DNA of 63,237 nucleotides, the filler included, from Octopus bimaculoides (lineage: Eukaryota), in assembly GCF_001194135.2 (NCBI RefSeq). It is 8 parts of 7 records of this genome, joined end to end, with 100 filler letters (N's around TTAATTAATTAA, not from the genome) between each part and the next. Parts side by side here need not be neighbours in the genome. Positions count along the whole stretch, not along the records: positions 61,262 to 63,237 come from NW_026373433.1; 7 more parts are not named here. The stretch is one strand, 5' to 3'. The notes beneath the pieces are model-generated. The model did no database searches, was not told where the DNA came from, and saw only the letters and a list, made by a program, of their open reading frames with translations. Position 1 is the stretch's first letter. The number at the start of each line of letters is the position of its first letter. The position numbers and the translations under genes were made by a program. Shown in pieces: positions 61,351-63,237 of this stretch.

Positions 61351-61855
61351 TGGAAACCAAGGCCTACCAAGAGCAAAGACATGGTATGAACAAACACCAG
61401 GAGTCACCGAAAAATAGAACTGCAAAATCCTGTAGGATTTAATGATCCAGTATGATCACCTGATCAGACACAGGAAACCGGACATTGTTGTGAATAAAAA
61501 AGAAAGAACATGTATGATTATCGACATAGCACGCCCCGACGACAACAGGATCAATGTGAACGAAGAAGAAAAAATAAACTACGACGATTTAAAGTGGGAA
61601 ATACGAAGGTTGTGGTCAATGAAGAGAGTAGACGTGATACCAATAGTAATTGGTGCACTCAACTACCAACATGGCTGAAAAAGATTGGTGCAAGTGTGAA
61701 GGTATAATACCTACAAAAATCAGTTTGCTTGGAACTGCAAAATTTCTTCGCAGGGTTCTTGAAGACTGATCAGTAGACAAGTGTCACCTTAGTCTGCTGG
61801 TTGTGGACAGCTTGCACTTTCCATTATACCCAGCAAAATAAGCTGTGAGTTTTCG

Positions 61856-61900
<45 letters not shown>
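61351..61900 (+). mobile_element. R4-like subfamily b, 5'-truncated
   Basis: WYEQTP..IQYDHLIRHRKPDIVV..MIIDIA.PDDNRIN..EEKINYDDLKWEIRRLWSMKRVDVIPIVIGAL. Same UTR as 38980-39050. Confidence 0.9.
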
Positions 61901-61910
<10 letters not shown>

Positions 61911-61931
61911 GTAATGATAATGATAATAATA

Positions 61932-61968
<37 letters not shown>

Positions 61969-62029
61969 GATGATGACGATAACAATAATAACAATAATAA
62001 TAATAACAACAACAATAATAATAATAGCA

Positions 62030-62620
62030 TATTACCAGCCAATGTAGGCCACTAGCCAAGAAGACTTGTCCATTGGAAACGTTGCAACAAGTATGGACTT
62101 GACAAAGCAAAAAATTGGTACGACCACAAACCCGAAGGCATCATCGAAAATGATAATGCAAAGATCCTATGGGATTTTATGATTCAGTGCGACCATGATA
62201 TAGAGAATAGGAAGCCAAACATAGTCCTAATTGAGAAAGAAAGCAAACTATGCCGGATCATAGATATAGCATGCCCAGCTGACAACAAGGTATGCGATAA
62301 GGAAGAAAGAAAAGTCAAGAGATATGACAGGTTAGCTTGGGAAGTTAAGCAGTTGTGATCTATGAAAAAGGTAGCAGTAGTACCAATAATTGTCGGAGCC
62401 CTGGGAACAGTGAGCAAAAATCTTGAGAAGTACAGGGAACAAACAGGGACTGCAATAAGGGTGGAACACTTGCAGAAAACAGCACTGCTTGGAACCGCTC
62501 GAATCCTCCGGATGGTGCTCGAAAAACAAGGGGTGTTACCTTAATTCACTGGTAGTGAACAACTGACACCGTAGTACATCTCCAGCGTTAGAAGCTGTGA
62601 AAAGGCAATAATAATAATAA
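62030..62620 (+). mobile_element. R4-like subfamily e, 5'-truncated
   Basis: LVHW..KYGLDKAKNWYDHKPEGI.END..KILWDF.IQCD..RKPNIV..IIDIACP..VVPIIVGALG..LQKTALLGTARIL, a distinct UTR, then (AAT)n. Confidence 0.9.
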
Positions 62621-62827
62621 TAATCCTTTCTATTATAGGCACAATGCCTGAGGTTTTGGGGGAGGGGATTAATCGATTACATCGATCCCAGTGTTTCACT
62701 GGTACTTAGTTTATCGACCCCGAAAGGATGAAAGGCAAAGTCTACCTCGGCGGAATTTGAACTGAGAACATAGTGACTGCTAAGCATTTCGTCCAGCGTG
62801 CTAATGATTCTGTCAGTTGAACGCCTT

Positions 62828-62828
<1 letters not shown>
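62621..62828 (-). mobile_element. SINE S4, near consensus, inside an (AAT)n tract
   Basis: (aat)n cctttctattataggcacaatgcctg...gaccccgaaaggatgaaaggcaaagtc...ggcggaatttgaactgagaac...gcctt (aat)n. Confidence 0.9.
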
Positions 62829-62901
<73 letters not shown>

Positions 62902-62902
<1 letters not shown>

Positions 62903-63237
62903 TTGCACTAAAGGATATAATTTCAGCTAATGATGTTGATATTACAGATCTCAACCACCTGTACTATGCATCCGCAAAAATCTCAACGATTCTATGTGGT
63001 GAAAAGATTAGAAAACGACAACACTCCCACAAAAAGCCTTCCTGGCAAGAGCGCATTCAACACCAAATTAAGCTACTTAGATCTGACATAGAATGTTTGA
63101 AAAACCTTAAATTTGATGAGAGTATCAAACCTACAAAGACACAAAAACTAGAGAAAAAATATAATGTGAAAACCATAGTTGACATTAATACCACCATAGA
63201 AACCATCAAGCAAAAGGTATGTGCTAAAGCTGCCCGT
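62902..63237 (+). mobile_element. R4-like LINE pre-RT region, open frame running off the window end
   Basis: 112 uninterrupted codons (LNHLYYASA..KPSWQERIQHQIKLLRSDI..LEKKY..IETIKQKVCAKAAR) start immediately after (AAT)n and are homologous to 40855-41030. Confidence 0.75.

Overview
AT-rich, gap-ridden eukaryotic genomic DNA dominated by microsatellites and decayed transposons. The repeat repertoire resembles what I recall from octopod cephalopods; species assignment is an inference. One host gene is recognisable: the 5' part of an acetyl-CoA transporter (SLC33A1/AT-1, MFS), with two coding exons at 54277-54821 and 55132-55286 on the + strand and canonical splice sites. I could not find its remaining exons. 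The rest is mobile DNA: (i) four tRNA-headed SINE families, given working labels S1 (core GCCTTGTGAGTGGATTTGGTAGACGGAAACTG with an internal (TA)n; MetaSINE-like by recollection), S2 (GC-rich head, tail ...GGAGTGCCAAC), S3 (core TTGAGCAAGACACTTTATTTCAC) and S4 (core GCCTTTCATCCTTTCGGGGTCGATAA; Nin/Deu-like by recollection; (ATT)n tail); (ii) RTE-clade LINE 3' ends with (GAT)n tails; (iii) CR1-like fragments; (iv) at least five subfamilies of R4/Dong-like LINEs with a restriction-like endonuclease (RLE), stacked in (AAT)n tracts; (v) a decayed Ty3/Gypsy element, a mariner, a DD37D (maT) transposon, MITEs and a Penelope-type GIY-YIG remnant. There is no CRISPR array, rRNA or true tRNA gene, and I cannot claim a confirmed new biological system. 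The best leads are a twin-priming-like 5' inversion in an RLE LINE, microsatellite stacking of R4-like LINEs with a SINE on the opposite strand of the same repeat, a four-copy repeat with a minimal hammerhead-ribozyme-like motif and a variant core, and two LINEs from different clades that lack the RT domain. Most repeat boundaries were read by eye and are approximate (+/-10-30 bp) unless a TSD, TIR or splice site is quoted.
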